Positions 9,941-20,077 of a stretch of 64,000 bases of DNA are shown here, one piece after another; positions within the stretch are counted from its first letter, which is position 1; each line of letters opens with the position of its first letter. The DNA lies in assembly GCA_027491115.1 (NCBI GenBank), contig JAIXWV010000041.1, positions 7,274 through 71,273 on the forward strand. The letters run 5' to 3'. Position numbers and translations under genes: made by a program. This DNA comes from Pseudomonadota bacterium. Lineage in GTDB: Bacteria; Bdellovibrionota; UBA1018; CAIMNF01. The notes under the pieces are model-generated. The model did not search any database. It was not told the origin of the DNA and saw only the letters and a program-made list of their open reading frames with translations.

Positions 9941-10373
9941 GGTGGGTCTCCAATCCTTTTTTGAGTGTGGTCCAAGGAAGCAAAGCGCACTTGATCCGGA
10001 CCGGGAACCGTTTGATGCCGTAAAGAGCCACAATATCTTCGGAAGAGTCGTCTGCTGGAAGGACATCCGGCCGATCCTCACCCTGCATCTTGGCCCGAAA
10101 ACCTTCGATCAATCCTGAAACTTTGGACAGCGGCTGCCCCTGAACCATCTCAGTCATGATACTGGCCGAGGCCATACAAATCGAGCACCCCTCGCCCTCG
10201 AAGGTGCAGCTCTCGAGTTGTCCGTCGCGGAATTTCAAACCGAGGGTGACCTTGTCACCACACAGCGGATTGAACCCATTCTCACGAACTTGTGAGTCCG
10301 ACGCTAACCCCCAGTTTCGGGGCGATTCATGATGGTCCGCCAAAACCTCTCCGAAGACGTCACGGTAGTTCAA
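9933..10373 (-). CDS. sufU: SufU/IscU-like sulfur acceptor
   Basis: Motifs NPLCGD, CSICMASAS, and C-terminal KCALLPW. Confidence 0.8.
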   Translation of the reverse strand: MNYRDVFGEVLADHHESPRNWGLASDSQVRENGFNPLCGDKVTLGLKFRDGQLESCTFEGEGCSICMASASIMTEMVQGQPLSKVSGLIEGFRAKMQGEDRPDVLPADDSSEDIVALYGIKRFPVRIKCALLPWTTLKKGLETHHA

Positions 10374-11608
10374 GCGTTCTTCCTCCTGAAGAATTGAGGG
10401 GCGTTCATCAAGGCTTCGATGAGCTGATCGGCTTCCTCGAGAGTGTTGTAGAAACTGAAGCTCGCACGGCAGGTCGCAGGCAAGCCGAGACGGAGCATGA
10501 GCGGATGGGCACAGTGGTGACCGGCTCGAACCGAAATCCCCCGCATGTCAAGGAAGGTCGCGAGATCGTGAGCATGGACACCGTCGATCGCCACACTGAA
10601 AATCGGCGCGCGATGGTGCGGATCCTTGGGCCCGAGCAACCTCAATCCCGGAATGGCCACAATGCGCTCGAGCACATATGCAGTGATCCGATCCTCATAT
10701 TCCTGGATCCGGGTCCGCCCCTGGGTCTCGATGTAATCGATCGCTGCACCGAGCCCGATCACGCCTGCGATATCGGGGGTGCCGGCTTCGAACTTATGGG
10801 GAAGCTCGTTCCATTCGGAATCTAAATCCCCCACGTGAGTGATCATGTTCCCGCCCACCTGGTACGGGGGCATGCGGGACAGTACCGATTCTCGACCCCA
10901 AAGGACCCCGACCCCGGTCGGTCCACAGAGTTTGTGAGCCGAGAACGCGAGGAAATCGATCGGACCGAGACGCGAGAGTTCGACCTCACCGTGAGCGATT
11001 CCTTGAGCGGCGTCGACCACGATTGTCGTCCCGACCATTTTGAATCGTGAGGCGAGCGAGGCCACGGGATTGGTCACCCCGGTGACATTGCTGAGCAGGG
11101 AAACGGCTAGGATCTTCGGTTTCAATGCGAGAACCCGATCCACTTCCTTGGGATCGAGTCGGAGATCCGAAGTCAATTCAATGATCTCGAAACGGGCGCC
11201 TTTGCGCTTGGCGAGCTGCTGCCAAGGGACGAAATTCGCATGGTGCTCCATCCGGGTCACTGCGATCACATCGGCCGCACCGACATTGCTCTCACCGAAG
11301 GAAGAGGCAATGAGGTTGATCGCCTCAGTGGTCCCTTTGGTGAACACGATCTCTCGCTCGGAAGCGGCACCCAGAAAGCGGACCACCTTGCTCCGGACCG
11401 ATTCGAACGCATCCGTGGCTTCCTGGGAGAGCTTGTAGACCCCTCGGTGAACATTGGCGTTGGTTTCGAGGTAATACCGCACGATCGCATCCACCACTTT
11501 TTTGGGACGCTGGGAGGTCGCCGCGTTGTCGAGGTAGCACAAGGGCTTCCCTTCAACCATTCTTCCGAGAATGGGAAAATCGCGCCGGATCAGCTCGTTC
11601 ATGACCAC
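10370..11608 (-). CDS. sufS: Cysteine desulfurase SufS (class II aminotransferase V)
   Basis: Family similarity across 412 aa. Sits inside the suf operon. Confidence 0.9.
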   Translation of the reverse strand: MVMNELIRRDFPILGRMVEGKPLCYLDNAATSQRPKKVVDAIVRYYLETNANVHRGVYKLSQEATDAFESVRSKVVRFLGAASEREIVFTKGTTEAINLIASSFGESNVGAADVIAVTRMEHHANFVPWQQLAKRKGARFEIIELTSDLRLDPKEVDRVLALKPKILAVSLLSNVTGVTNPVASLASRFKMVGTTIVVDAAQGIAHGEVELSRLGPIDFLAFSAHKLCGPTGVGVLWGRESVLSRMPPYQVGGNMITHVGDLDSEWNELPHKFEAGTPDIAGVIGLGAAIDYIETQGRTRIQEYEDRITAYVLERIVAIPGLRLLGPKDPHHRAPIFSVAIDGVHAHDLATFLDMRGISVRAGHHCAHPLMLRLGLPATCRASFSFYNTLEEADQLIEALMNAPQFFRRKNA

Positions 11609-12402
11609 TCCTCTTCGAGCACACCGAGGCGGGACTCGATCTCACGGCGGATCGAAACATCCGAGATCCACTCGAGCGGTTGACGCAGGAATCCCCTTAA
11701 CATCATCGACTCCGCGGTTTCCCGATCGATACCTCTCGTTTGGAGGTAATACGTTTGCTCCGGCTCGAGCGAACTCGTGCTACTCCCGTGAGCACATTTC
11801 ACTTCGTCGTTCTCGATGAGAAGCTTCGGAAAGGAGTCAACCGTCGCACGCTTCGAAAGCATCAGGTTCCGGTTCTTCTGGAAGGCCTCGGTTCGAGGAG
11901 CCGACTGCTGAATGTGGATCCTGCCATTGAAAACCGTACGGGAATCGTCCCGGGCCGCACACCAGACCTGGAGATCACTGTAAGTATCGGAAACGGAATG
12001 GACGGCGTCAGCACGAATCGAGAATTGCTGATTTGACTTGGCATTCAATAGTCCACGGAGCTCAATACGGGCCCCGCGACCCTCAACTGAGGTGTCGATC
12101 TCGAATGCCGACTTGGCCCCACCGTCGAGGATGACGGTCAGTTGGAGGGTGCTGTTGGCTCCGGCTTTCACTCTGACACGGGAGAGGGACTCGACTTCGG
12201 CAGAAGTGCCCTGCTCGATCACCATCTCGACACGGGCTCCCTCATCGAGGGCGATGTCGATTTCATGCACTCCACCGTTGTTTGGAATCCGGTAGTGCAG
12301 AACGCCGGAGGCTTGACTCCGACCGGCGACAGCTTCCACCACATGGCGACTGCCGGGTCCCGGTATGGCGTCTTTTGATTTGAAGATCTGGTGTTCTTTC
12401 AT
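11599..12402 (-). CDS. sufD: Fe-S assembly protein SufD
   Basis: The beta-helix region is similar to SufB/SufD. Position is between sufC and sufS. Confidence 0.8.
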   Translation of the reverse strand: MKEHQIFKSKDAIPGPGSRHVVEAVAGRSQASGVLHYRIPNNGGVHEIDIALDEGARVEMVIEQGTSAEVESLSRVRVKAGANSTLQLTVILDGGAKSAFEIDTSVEGRGARIELRGLLNAKSNQQFSIRADAVHSVSDTYSDLQVWCAARDDSRTVFNGRIHIQQSAPRTEAFQKNRNLMLSKRATVDSFPKLLIENDEVKCAHGSSTSSLEPEQTYYLQTRGIDRETAESMMLRGFLRQPLEWISDVSIRREIESRLGVLEEEWS

Positions 12403-12408
12403 GACAGA

Positions 12409-13152
12409 TCAGGCGCCTTCCACCCAGTCATAGCCACGCTCTTCGAGCTTCAATGCCAGTTCAGGCCCCCCGCTCTCGAGCACCCGGCCGCTTCCAAACA
12501 CATGGACAACGTCGGGTTTGATGTAATTCAGCATCCGTTGGTAATGCGTGATCACGAGCATCCCGCGGTCCGTGTTCCGGAACGACTGAAGATTCTCAGA
12601 AACGATCCGGAGGGCGTCGATGTCGAGACCGGAGTCGGTCTCGTCGAGAACGGCCATCTTGGGTTGAAGCAATCGAAGTTGGAGAGTCTCAAGGCGCTTC
12701 TTTTCGCCCCCGCTGAATCCCTCGTTCAAGGAACGGGTCATGAAGGCTTCCGGAATGGAGAGGTGCTTCAGTTCTTCCTTGATTAGTGAACGGAACTTGG
12801 ACGGCTCGATCTCGCCGGCACGGACGGACTTCATCGAAGCTCGAAGGAAAGACGCTACGCTGACCCCCGGGATCGCAACCGGATACTGGAACGCGAGGAA
12901 CAGGCGTTTCTTGGCGCGTTCTTCGGGCTTCAAATTCGTGATGTCCTCACCATCGAGTAGGATGCTACCGGAGAGCACCTGGTACTTGGGGTGTCCCATC
13001 AGGGTGTAAGAAAGGGTGGTCTTGCCTGTCCCGTTCCGACCCATGATTGCGTGCACTTCACCCCGACGCACCACGAGGTTAACGCCTTTTAGAACTTCTT
13101 TTCCTTCCACGGCGACGTGGAGGTCCCGGATCTCGAACAATGGTGCACTCAT
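12409..13152 (-). CDS. sufC: Fe-S assembly ATPase SufC
   Basis: Walker A GRNGTGKTTL, ABC signature, 247 aa. Confidence 0.95.
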   Translation of the reverse strand: MSAPLFEIRDLHVAVEGKEVLKGVNLVVRRGEVHAIMGRNGTGKTTLSYTLMGHPKYQVLSGSILLDGEDITNLKPEERAKKRLFLAFQYPVAIPGVSVASFLRASMKSVRAGEIEPSKFRSLIKEELKHLSIPEAFMTRSLNEGFSGGEKKRLETLQLRLLQPKMAVLDETDSGLDIDALRIVSENLQSFRNTDRGMLVITHYQRMLNYIKPDVVHVFGSGRVLESGGPELALKLEERGYDWVEGA

Positions 13153-13643
13153 GATCTCAGCTCCCTGTTTCTCATTTGCCCGACATGATCACTCGCGATC
13201 GAGCTGGTTTTGTCACGGATCTCTTCCTCGGGCCGGATGAGGTCGGCCAAGGTCATCCTCGAGGTGAATTCTTCTACATATCCGGAGAGCAGATCCCAAA
13301 ACGGACGGATCGAACAGGATCCGAAGCGTACGCAGGCCTCTGACTTTCCGGTGAAAGACTTACAAAATTCCGAGCCCGCCTTCTTCCTTCCATTCAGCGC
13401 ATCGAGGACCTCTTTCAATGAGATCTCGGCAGGTTGTCTGGAGAGGGCAAAGCCTCCTTTGATGCCACGAACGGTGCGGACGAGCTCGGCACGCTTCAAC
13501 AACAGCATGAACTTTGAGACGTACTCGATTGAAAGTCCCTCGCGCTCGGCGATATCCGGAGCGGACAAGGTCTTTCCTTCGGGCAAAGAAGCGAGCTGGA
13601 CCGCACAACGCAGTCCGTATTCTTCCAAGGCGGTGACGTTCAT
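13149..13643 (-). CDS. iscR: Rrf2-family transcriptional regulator, IscR/SufR-like with a 3-Cys cluster
   Basis: N-terminal Rrf2 HTH (GLRCAVQLASLP...LSAPDIAEREGLSIEYVSKFM) and a Cys cluster CKSFTGKSEACVRFGSCS. First gene of the suf operon. Confidence 0.8.
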   Translation of the reverse strand: MNVTALEEYGLRCAVQLASLPEGKTLSAPDIAEREGLSIEYVSKFMLLLKRAELVRTVRGIKGGFALSRQPAEISLKEVLDALNGRKKAGSEFCKSFTGKSEACVRFGSCSIRPFWDLLSGYVEEFTSRMTLADLIRPEEEIRDKTSSIASDHVGQMRNRELRS

Positions 13644-13687
13644 GGCCTCGGATCATGCCATGAGAGCCTGATTGAAACAATACTTTT

Positions 13688-13725
13688 TTGTACGGATTTT
13701 AGTCTAATCTATTGAAATCCAACAA
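13688..13725. promoter_or_regulatory. Dyad TAGTCTAA(N22)TTAGACTC in the suf operon promoter region; candidate Rrf2/IscR operator
   Basis: The inverted repeat was read directly in the 89-bp gap between the bamB stop and the iscR start. -35/-10-like elements overlap it. Confidence 0.3.
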
Positions 13726-13732
13726 CTTAGAC

Positions 13733-14863
13733 TCACGGTAGGTAGCGAAATGCGTATAAGTTTCCACCACGACTCATGGCAAAGACCGTGCGGCGCTTCG
13801 AATCGTAAGCCAGATTGCCAGTGAACCCCGACCCATACCCCACCTGAAAGCGGTTCACCAAGGTCCCGGTCTCCCGGTCAAGCGTGTATAAATACTCATT
13901 ACTGGAACTGAAGACCACATGCCGTCCGAGAACGAGCACCCTAGACGGAACCCCTTGATCGAGCTCGAATTTCCAGATCCCCTTCCCGGTCTTGGCATCG
14001 AGTGCATGAACCTCACCCGCTGAGGAGGGCACCAACAAGATGTTGCCAGACAAGGTCACCGCATTCGAGCCCCCGAGATCCTCACGAGCCCAAAGTGTAC
14101 TCCCGGTGCGAGCATTCAGCGCATACAGGGCATTGTCATAAGCCGGCACATATACGATTCCTCCCGACTCAAGGAACTCGGCTCCCAGGCTCGAAAAGCG
14201 CCGATTCGGATTCAATTGTTTTTCCCAAAGCACCTTTCCGTCCTTGCGGGATAAGGCCACCAAGGCACCGTCCGCAAAGCCGACCCAAAGCGTATCGCCC
14301 AACACTAGTGGTTTTGAGCCTCCATGAAGTCCGGGACCCGTTGCATTTCGGCGACGGTAGTGCCACTGCCACTTCCCGGTCTTCGACTCGAGACTGAGCA
14401 AGGCATCGTCACTGGTCACAATATAAAGATCGTCTCCGTCCAATGCGGGACGGGATGCGACCGGATTCCGCAAGGGATAAGTCCAGTTCACTTTGCCCGT
14501 TTCCAGAGAAATCGAGTAAATGTTCCCATCCCCACCAGTAAAGAACGCATTGTCCTTACCCGGTTCAATCTGACTGAGAACCCCGTTCGGAAGCGGTAGC
14601 TTCCAACGTGGCCGAGGAATCCTGGGATACATCGCCGTCAGGCCAAACCGACTGCTACCAAAAATGAGCGTGGTCTCGTGAAAGACCGGACTCGAGTATT
14701 CCATCCCGGGTGTGGACAATGAGCTCGAATCCGGCTCGATTGCATAAGTCCACTGGCGACGGAGCACTTCACGCTCTCCCCGAAAACCCGTTCGCAGGTC
14801 CCGAGAACTACAGGCTGTCAGAAAGAGTAGCCCGAGTGCGAAAACAACGGGAATCCGGATCAT
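13733..14863 (-). CDS. bamB: Outer membrane assembly lipoprotein BamB (PQQ-repeat beta-propeller)
   Basis: Lipobox LLFLTAC and repeated PQQ-like blades (GxxxWxxD.. patterns). Confidence 0.8.
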   Translation of the reverse strand: MIRIPVVFALGLLFLTACSSRDLRTGFRGEREVLRRQWTYAIEPDSSSLSTPGMEYSSPVFHETTLIFGSSRFGLTAMYPRIPRPRWKLPLPNGVLSQIEPGKDNAFFTGGDGNIYSISLETGKVNWTYPLRNPVASRPALDGDDLYIVTSDDALLSLESKTGKWQWHYRRRNATGPGLHGGSKPLVLGDTLWVGFADGALVALSRKDGKVLWEKQLNPNRRFSSLGAEFLESGGIVYVPAYDNALYALNARTGSTLWAREDLGGSNAVTLSGNILLVPSSAGEVHALDAKTGKGIWKFELDQGVPSRVLVLGRHVVFSSSNEYLYTLDRETGTLVNRFQVGYGSGFTGNLAYDSKRRTVFAMSRGGNLYAFRYLP

Positions 14864-15507
14864 GAATTCTCTTTCACCCAGGACTGGGCCATTTCAGCCT
14901 GTTTACTACCTTCCATTTCCTTATTGAGACGCTCACTGAAAACCTTTGCCTTCGAGGCGTCCCCTGCCTGAAGGTTCAGACGAACCAGACCCAGCAAAAG
15001 ATCGGCTTTCAATCCCTCTACATTCTCTCCTAGGCCGGACTGAAACTGGGTAATCGCCGCCTTGGCATCACCGTTTTTTTCCTGACTGAGACCGAGAAAA
15101 TAAAGCGCTGTGGCCTTCTGGAAAGATGATCCGGCGAGGCTCACGGCCTTTTGGAAGGCCGGCTCGGCTTTTTTGAACTGGTTGTGCTCGAAATACAGAT
15201 TCCCCAGCTTGAGTGCCGCCTCGAAGCCGACACGCTTCGGAGTTCCGGAAGCGGCCGAGATCGCATTCAGCTCGGCGACAGTCTTCGGAAAGCTTGCATC
15301 AACATCGAGCGTGACTCCCGGAGTGCGATCTTTCTCTGGCACAGCTGCGTTCTCGTCCAAGAATGACTTCTGGATCCGGTAGAGGGCACTCTTACTGTCC
15401 ATCTCTTTGGTCTCGAGGTAGCGTTGCACTCCGAAGGTGGTGGCACCCCCGAGAACGATGAGGACAATCAGGATGAAGAGGTTTTTCGAAGTCAGTAAGG
15501 ATTCCAT
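14860..15507 (-). CDS. yfgM: YfgM-like membrane-anchored TPR protein
   Basis: N-terminal TM (LFILIVLIVLGG) followed by TPR-like helices. Conserved yfgM-bamB synteny. Start set at the internal ATG to avoid overlap with the divergent OMP gene. Confidence 0.55.
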   Translation of the reverse strand: MESLLTSKNLFILIVLIVLGGATTFGVQRYLETKEMDSKSALYRIQKSFLDENAAVPEKDRTPGVTLDVDASFPKTVAELNAISAASGTPKRVGFEAALKLGNLYFEHNQFKKAEPAFQKAVSLAGSSFQKATALYFLGLSQEKNGDAKAAITQFQSGLGENVEGLKADLLLGLVRLNLQAGDASKAKVFSERLNKEMEGSKQAEMAQSWVKENS

Positions 15508-15573
15508 ACGATAGATGTATGGTTTCAAAGGACTATTGTCAAAGCAAAAGCCTGTGTTACGCTCAGAGACAAG

Positions 15574-16083
15574 ATGATGAAAACCTTGGTCCGGACGGGC
15601 CTCATTCTCGTCGGTTTCTTTCTCTGTACCGGTGAGGTCGGCCAGGCGCGGGAACTCCTGGGTCGCGCCGGGCTCGGATACAATGCCCAATTCAGCAATG
15701 CGGATCGGAACGGTCACACCCCTGCGATGAGTCTCAAGTATGCTTTCGCACCTCGATCGGCACTGGAAGTCGTAGCGGGATTTTATTCGGGTACCGCTGG
15801 TGATGGAGTCGTTGCGTTAAAATATTGCCGGACCATCCGCTCCGAGAATTATGTGAACTTTTACTTCCCTCTCGGACTCGGTTACCTCACGTCCCGGGGA
15901 ACGAGCGGGATAGAGATCCTGGGCGGTCTCGGCGCAGAGTTTTTCATTCCTGGCGTGGATAGCGTAGGGATGAGCTTCGAAGCTGGACTGAGCGGAGAAA
16001 CCATCAGCTCCGGCACGGGATCTTTTGTCTTGAAAACCTTCGGTGCAAGTTTTCTGAATGCGGGGATGCACTATTATTTCTAA
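15574..16083 (+). CDS. Small outer-membrane beta-barrel protein
   Basis: Signal peptide, alternating amphipathic beta strands, C-terminal aromatic (YYF). Confidence 0.6.
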   Translation: MMKTLVRTGLILVGFFLCTGEVGQARELLGRAGLGYNAQFSNADRNGHTPAMSLKYAFAPRSALEVVAGFYSGTAGDGVVALKYCRTIRSENYVNFYFPLGLGYLTSRGTSGIEILGGLGAEFFIPGVDSVGMSFEAGLSGETISSGTGSFVLKTFGASFLNAGMHYYF

Positions 16084-16834
16084 ATCATGGTTTCCTCTCG
16101 TTTTTTCGCTGCTTTTGGCGGGGGCTCCTGAAGCACTTGCTCAACCCCCGGTCGGCGTTGGAGTCGGAGAACCTGCTCCTGGCCCACCTTCGAAGAAAAA
16201 CGAGGATCACGGCCTGTTCGACCAGTCCTCACCCTACCTCGATTACGGCGACTTCAACCTGACTGAAGAAGAGAACGAAGACACGCAGTACTTTCAGAAC
16301 GGGCGCTTTTTCGGATTGAGCTTCGGAGGCGGTTACCAGGCTGCAACGGGGAATCGTGGCAAGCTCTATGAACCTGCCATTCCCCGCTTTGATGTTCGGG
16401 TCCAGTACTGGTTCAATTTCCAATTCGCAGCGGATCTGGGTATCTTTTTTGCCAATCACAACTTCTTAGACGGCAACACCAACTACGAAGTCAAAATGGT
16501 GGGTTACGGGGCCCACCTTAAGTACTATTTTGATGTCCGGGACGCAGCGGCTCCGATCACTTTTGCAAACCCCTATCTCGCTTTTGGATTCGGGGCGGTG
16601 ACCAAGAACCAAATCAGTGCCACCCAATCCACACCGGATACCGACTCCACCCTCAGTGTAGGAGGCGGTGGCGGACTCGAGTTTCCCATTGTCCATAAGC
16701 GGACCTATCTGAACTTGGAACTCATGTTCCACACCCAAAACTTCACCGACACCAATGAAACCCGATACCGGGCAGTCACAGACCTGACTGGAGGATTCTT
16801 CACCCTGCTTGGTCACTTCATGTTCACTTGGTGA
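16058..16834 (+). CDS. Outer-membrane beta-barrel protein
   Basis: Signal peptide (LVFSLLLAGAPEALA), Gly/aromatic-rich beta strands, C-terminal FTW. Confidence 0.55.
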   Translation: MRGCTIISKSWFPLVFSLLLAGAPEALAQPPVGVGVGEPAPGPPSKKNEDHGLFDQSSPYLDYGDFNLTEEENEDTQYFQNGRFFGLSFGGGYQAATGNRGKLYEPAIPRFDVRVQYWFNFQFAADLGIFFANHNFLDGNTNYEVKMVGYGAHLKYYFDVRDAAAPITFANPYLAFGFGAVTKNQISATQSTPDTDSTLSVGGGGGLEFPIVHKRTYLNLELMFHTQNFTDTNETRYRAVTDLTGGFFTLLGHFMFTW

Positions 16835-17512
16835 TCATACATAGGGATTGTGGCGCTTCTCATGTCCGATTGTCGTCGAGGGCCCGTGCCCGGGCCAAGC
16901 GCGGGTGTCGTCATCGAGGACCAGTAAACGGCTCCGGATGCTTTTGACCAGTAAGGCCTCATCTCCACCCCACAAATCAGCACGCCCGATGTCCTCTTTG
17001 AAAAGGGTGTCACCGGTGAAGACCATTTCCGGAACCGCTTTGGCAGTATCGGAATGCAGATGGAAGCAGACTCCTCCTGGGGAGTGCCCCGGTGTATGAA
17101 GAACTGAAAATTTTAGGGAACCGAATTCAAGCGACTGACCATCCTCGAAATACCGATCCACCGGTAAAGGTGCATTCATTCGAAATCCAAATCGAGCAGC
17201 CTGCTGAGGCAACATCGAATAAATGAATTCGTCTTCACGATGAAGAAAAATGGAAGGGGCCTCGATTGCATTTTGTGTCAATGCTTCCTTGACCCCTCTT
17301 GCCGCTCCGATGTGGTCAAAATGAGCGTGTGTGTGGAATAAGGCCCGGACCTTGACCGGAGCACCGAGCTCTTTTTCAATGCGACCAATCTCAGTGAGGA
17401 TGCGTTCTGCCTCGTCCCCCGGATCCACCACAACGGCATCTCGGGTCTCTGGACAGACCAAGATCTGGCAATTGCACATGAGTCGTCCGACGGGCAGTGT
17501 CTTCTGGATCAT
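16835..17512 (-). CDS. Metallo-beta-lactamase-fold hydrolase (GloB-like)
   Basis: HTHAHFDH motif, 225 aa. Confidence 0.8.
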   Translation of the reverse strand: MIQKTLPVGRLMCNCQILVCPETRDAVVVDPGDEAERILTEIGRIEKELGAPVKVRALFHTHAHFDHIGAARGVKEALTQNAIEAPSIFLHREDEFIYSMLPQQAARFGFRMNAPLPVDRYFEDGQSLEFGSLKFSVLHTPGHSPGGVCFHLHSDTAKAVPEMVFTGDTLFKEDIGRADLWGGDEALLVKSIRSRLLVLDDDTRAWPGHGPSTTIGHEKRHNPYV

Positions 17513-18588
17513 CGATCCAAGATTAGCATGGCATCACCATAACTGTAAAACCGGTATCGTTCCCGTACTGCTTCATCATACAAACCCAGAGTAAACCTGA
17601 GGTCCCCGATGAATGAGGCAATCATCATGATTAGAGTGCTTCCCGGCAAATGAAAGTTCGTGATCATGGCATCAGTGAATTTCCACTCGTACCCGGCCCC
17701 AGGATGAATGAACAAGTTCACATCACTCACTCCAGGAACCAGTTCGAAACCCCTCTCTCCGGGAGCGGATCGACCCTCAAGGGCTCGTGTGGTCGTGGTC
17801 CCAACCGCCAAAACGGTACGACCCGCGCGTTTTGACGCATTCATCGACTCGGCCACTTTAGTTGAAATCTCAACCGGTTCTGCATGCATCACATGATCCC
17901 TGACATCGGATGCACTCACTGGCTTGAAAGTACCGATCCCCACATGAAGGGTGAGCTCTTGCCAATCCATCCCACCCGCCTTGAGTCGTGTGATCAACTC
18001 GGGTGTAAAATGACGGCCCGCTGTCGGGGCCGCGACCGAACCAGCCTGTGTCCCAAAAACGGTATTGTAGGTCTCGAGCTCTCCCGGGCCCCATTCCTTT
18101 CTTTTGGCCACAATGTAAGGGGGCAGAGGCACCTCACCGATGTCGGCCTCAACAGGATCCCTCGAGAATTTCGCGGTCAGGATCACACCAGCAGGAGACT
18201 CTTCCCGACGGATCACCTCCGCTCGGACCCAGCCACCTTCCCGATCGGGAATCTTGAATTGAAATCCAGGAACCACTCGAGCTCCAGTTTTCATCAATCC
18301 CTCCCAACAAGCGGAATCCACCCGCCTGAGAATGAAAAACTCCACCTTTCCGCCAGTGCCTTCACGTTCACCCAGCAGGCGAGCGCGGATCACCTTGGTG
18401 TTATTCGCGACGATCACGGTTCCGGGATCCAGAATCTCCGGAATCTCATTGAATCTCCTGTGCTCCCAAGTCCTGGACTTTCTGTTAACGACCAAGAGAC
18501 GGGAATGATCTCGTTGCTCCAGGGGTTTAGCAGCAATCAATTCATCGGGTAAGGTGTATTGATAGTTCCGGATGTCGAAAAGATTCAT
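17509..18588 (-). CDS. queA: S-adenosylmethionine:tRNA ribosyltransferase-isomerase QueA
   Basis: N-terminal MNLFDIRNYQYTLPDELIAAKPLEQRDHSRLLVV. Family-wide similarity across 359 aa. Confidence 0.9.
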   Translation of the reverse strand: MNLFDIRNYQYTLPDELIAAKPLEQRDHSRLLVVNRKSRTWEHRRFNEIPEILDPGTVIVANNTKVIRARLLGEREGTGGKVEFFILRRVDSACWEGLMKTGARVVPGFQFKIPDREGGWVRAEVIRREESPAGVILTAKFSRDPVEADIGEVPLPPYIVAKRKEWGPGELETYNTVFGTQAGSVAAPTAGRHFTPELITRLKAGGMDWQELTLHVGIGTFKPVSASDVRDHVMHAEPVEISTKVAESMNASKRAGRTVLAVGTTTTRALEGRSAPGERGFELVPGVSDVNLFIHPGAGYEWKFTDAMITNFHLPGSTLIMMIASFIGDLRFTLGLYDEAVRERYRFYSYGDAMLILDR

Positions 18589-18603
18589 GGGCCGAACGTT
18601 ACC

Positions 18604-19080
18604 CTAATCTCCCGGTTTTTGCACGAGTCCGGTCAGGTAGCATTCCCCGGATAAATATTCGATCTCGACGATACCGCACTTTTTGATGCCGATGCGGGCT
18701 CCGGTGAGGCGCTCCACTAGAACCGGAATGACATCCCCGTGCGAACAAGCCACGAGCAAGTCCGGACCCCGGTACTTCCATTCGTCGATGAAATCGCCCA
18801 ATCGGGTCGACAACTCTTCCTGTCTTTCGATAGGTCCTGTTTCGGTGAGGCGCTCGTCGATTTCCAAATCAACCCCGTATCGTTCAGCCAAGGGTCCGAG
18901 AGTCTCGCGACACCTTTTCTTGGGTGAGGTGAGAAAGCGGACTTCACCCTCGATTTCCTTCTCAAGATACCGGAGCATCCGCTTCACCTGCTGCTCCCCT
19001 TTCTCACTGAGTCCGTTGTCCCGAGAAGGACATTCAGTATCGCGATGAGCGTGACGGATCAGGATCAGGCGCTTTTCCAT
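18604..19080 (-). CDS. Histidine phosphatase family protein (SixA/PGAM-like)
   Basis: LIRHAHRD catalytic RHG-type motif, 158 aa. Confidence 0.7.
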   Translation of the reverse strand: MEKRLILIRHAHRDTECPSRDNGLSEKGEQQVKRMLRYLEKEIEGEVRFLTSPKKRCRETLGPLAERYGVDLEIDERLTETGPIERQEELSTRLGDFIDEWKYRGPDLLVACSHGDVIPVLVERLTGARIGIKKCGIVEIEYLSGECYLTGLVQKPGD

Positions 19081-19087
19081 CGAAGTC

Positions 19088-19906
19088 TCACTTCACCCGT
19101 TCGAGGGTTCCACATCTTCTCGAAAAAGGGGATTCTGTGGCCGGGGATCGGGAACAGATTTTTCGGGTGAGTTCCAGGTACTCATCAAGCAATGCAAGTG
19201 GATAAGGTTTCTGCGCCATGGCCGAAGTGAAAACCGGAGTTCTGGGGTCAATTCGTTCTTTCCACCATTTTAGCTCGACAGAACCCAGATCAAGACGGGT
19301 CAGACGCTCCAAAAAATCGCGATAGTGCTGCCCGAGGAAATAAAACGACTTCTTCCATTTTTCCCCGTCTGCCATGGCTTTCCAAACCATCCCGCAGCGG
19401 GCACGGACCAAAGCCCGGTCCTCCTCGGAAAGGACAGAGGGCTTCACACTCTCCACCCATTCGCGACCGACCCGACACTCGTAGGAAATAGCCTCGGCTT
19501 CTCCACCCTCTCCTTCGATTCCTCTGACCACGTAATCGCCGGCTCTCAATGTAGGGTGAAAAGGATTCTCTTTTGGCCGGAGTGCGTGCACCAATTCATG
19601 TGCCAGGTCGAGAGCTTGAAAGACAGGGCTCTTCGAGCCTGAGATGATGACTCGAGTCTCGTAATGTACGGTCTCGACCCCATCGTGAACACTCCGGGTA
19701 GCGGTGACCTCAGTTCGAGAGACCTGACCGTGCCCCCAAGGGATTCTCCCTTCGCGTGCCGCATCGAGGACCTGTCGACCGGCGGTAGTGGCCTCGAGCA
19801 ATCGTTCCGCCGGCTCCAGTTCTGACTCGGTCTGGCCTGAAGACGGGGTCGCAGGGGTGATCAGCAGGACTGCGCAAATCAGAATGAGAAATGAGTGGAC
19901 TCTCAC
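19088..19906 (-). CDS. Secreted hypothetical protein with HExxH motif (putative metallopeptidase)
   Basis: Signal peptide (LILICAVLLITPATPSSG) and HELVHAL. Confidence 0.45.
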   Translation of the reverse strand: MRVHSFLILICAVLLITPATPSSGQTESELEPAERLLEATTAGRQVLDAAREGRIPWGHGQVSRTEVTATRSVHDGVETVHYETRVIISGSKSPVFQALDLAHELVHALRPKENPFHPTLRAGDYVVRGIEGEGGEAEAISYECRVGREWVESVKPSVLSEEDRALVRARCGMVWKAMADGEKWKKSFYFLGQHYRDFLERLTRLDLGSVELKWWKERIDPRTPVFTSAMAQKPYPLALLDEYLELTRKICSRSPATESPFSRRCGTLERVK

Positions 19907-20077
19907 ATCCTTCCCTTCGGCCCCACGCCGTCAATTCTTTAGACACCTGTGTGATCCTTTCAGGCACCTCCGCCCTCAGCCGAGGGGATTCTGGTACAAC
20001 ACAAAATCCATTTATTTTATTCATTATTGTTTTCAGCAACTTAAATCGAGGCTTCCGAAGCACCCTCCGCAGACCTT

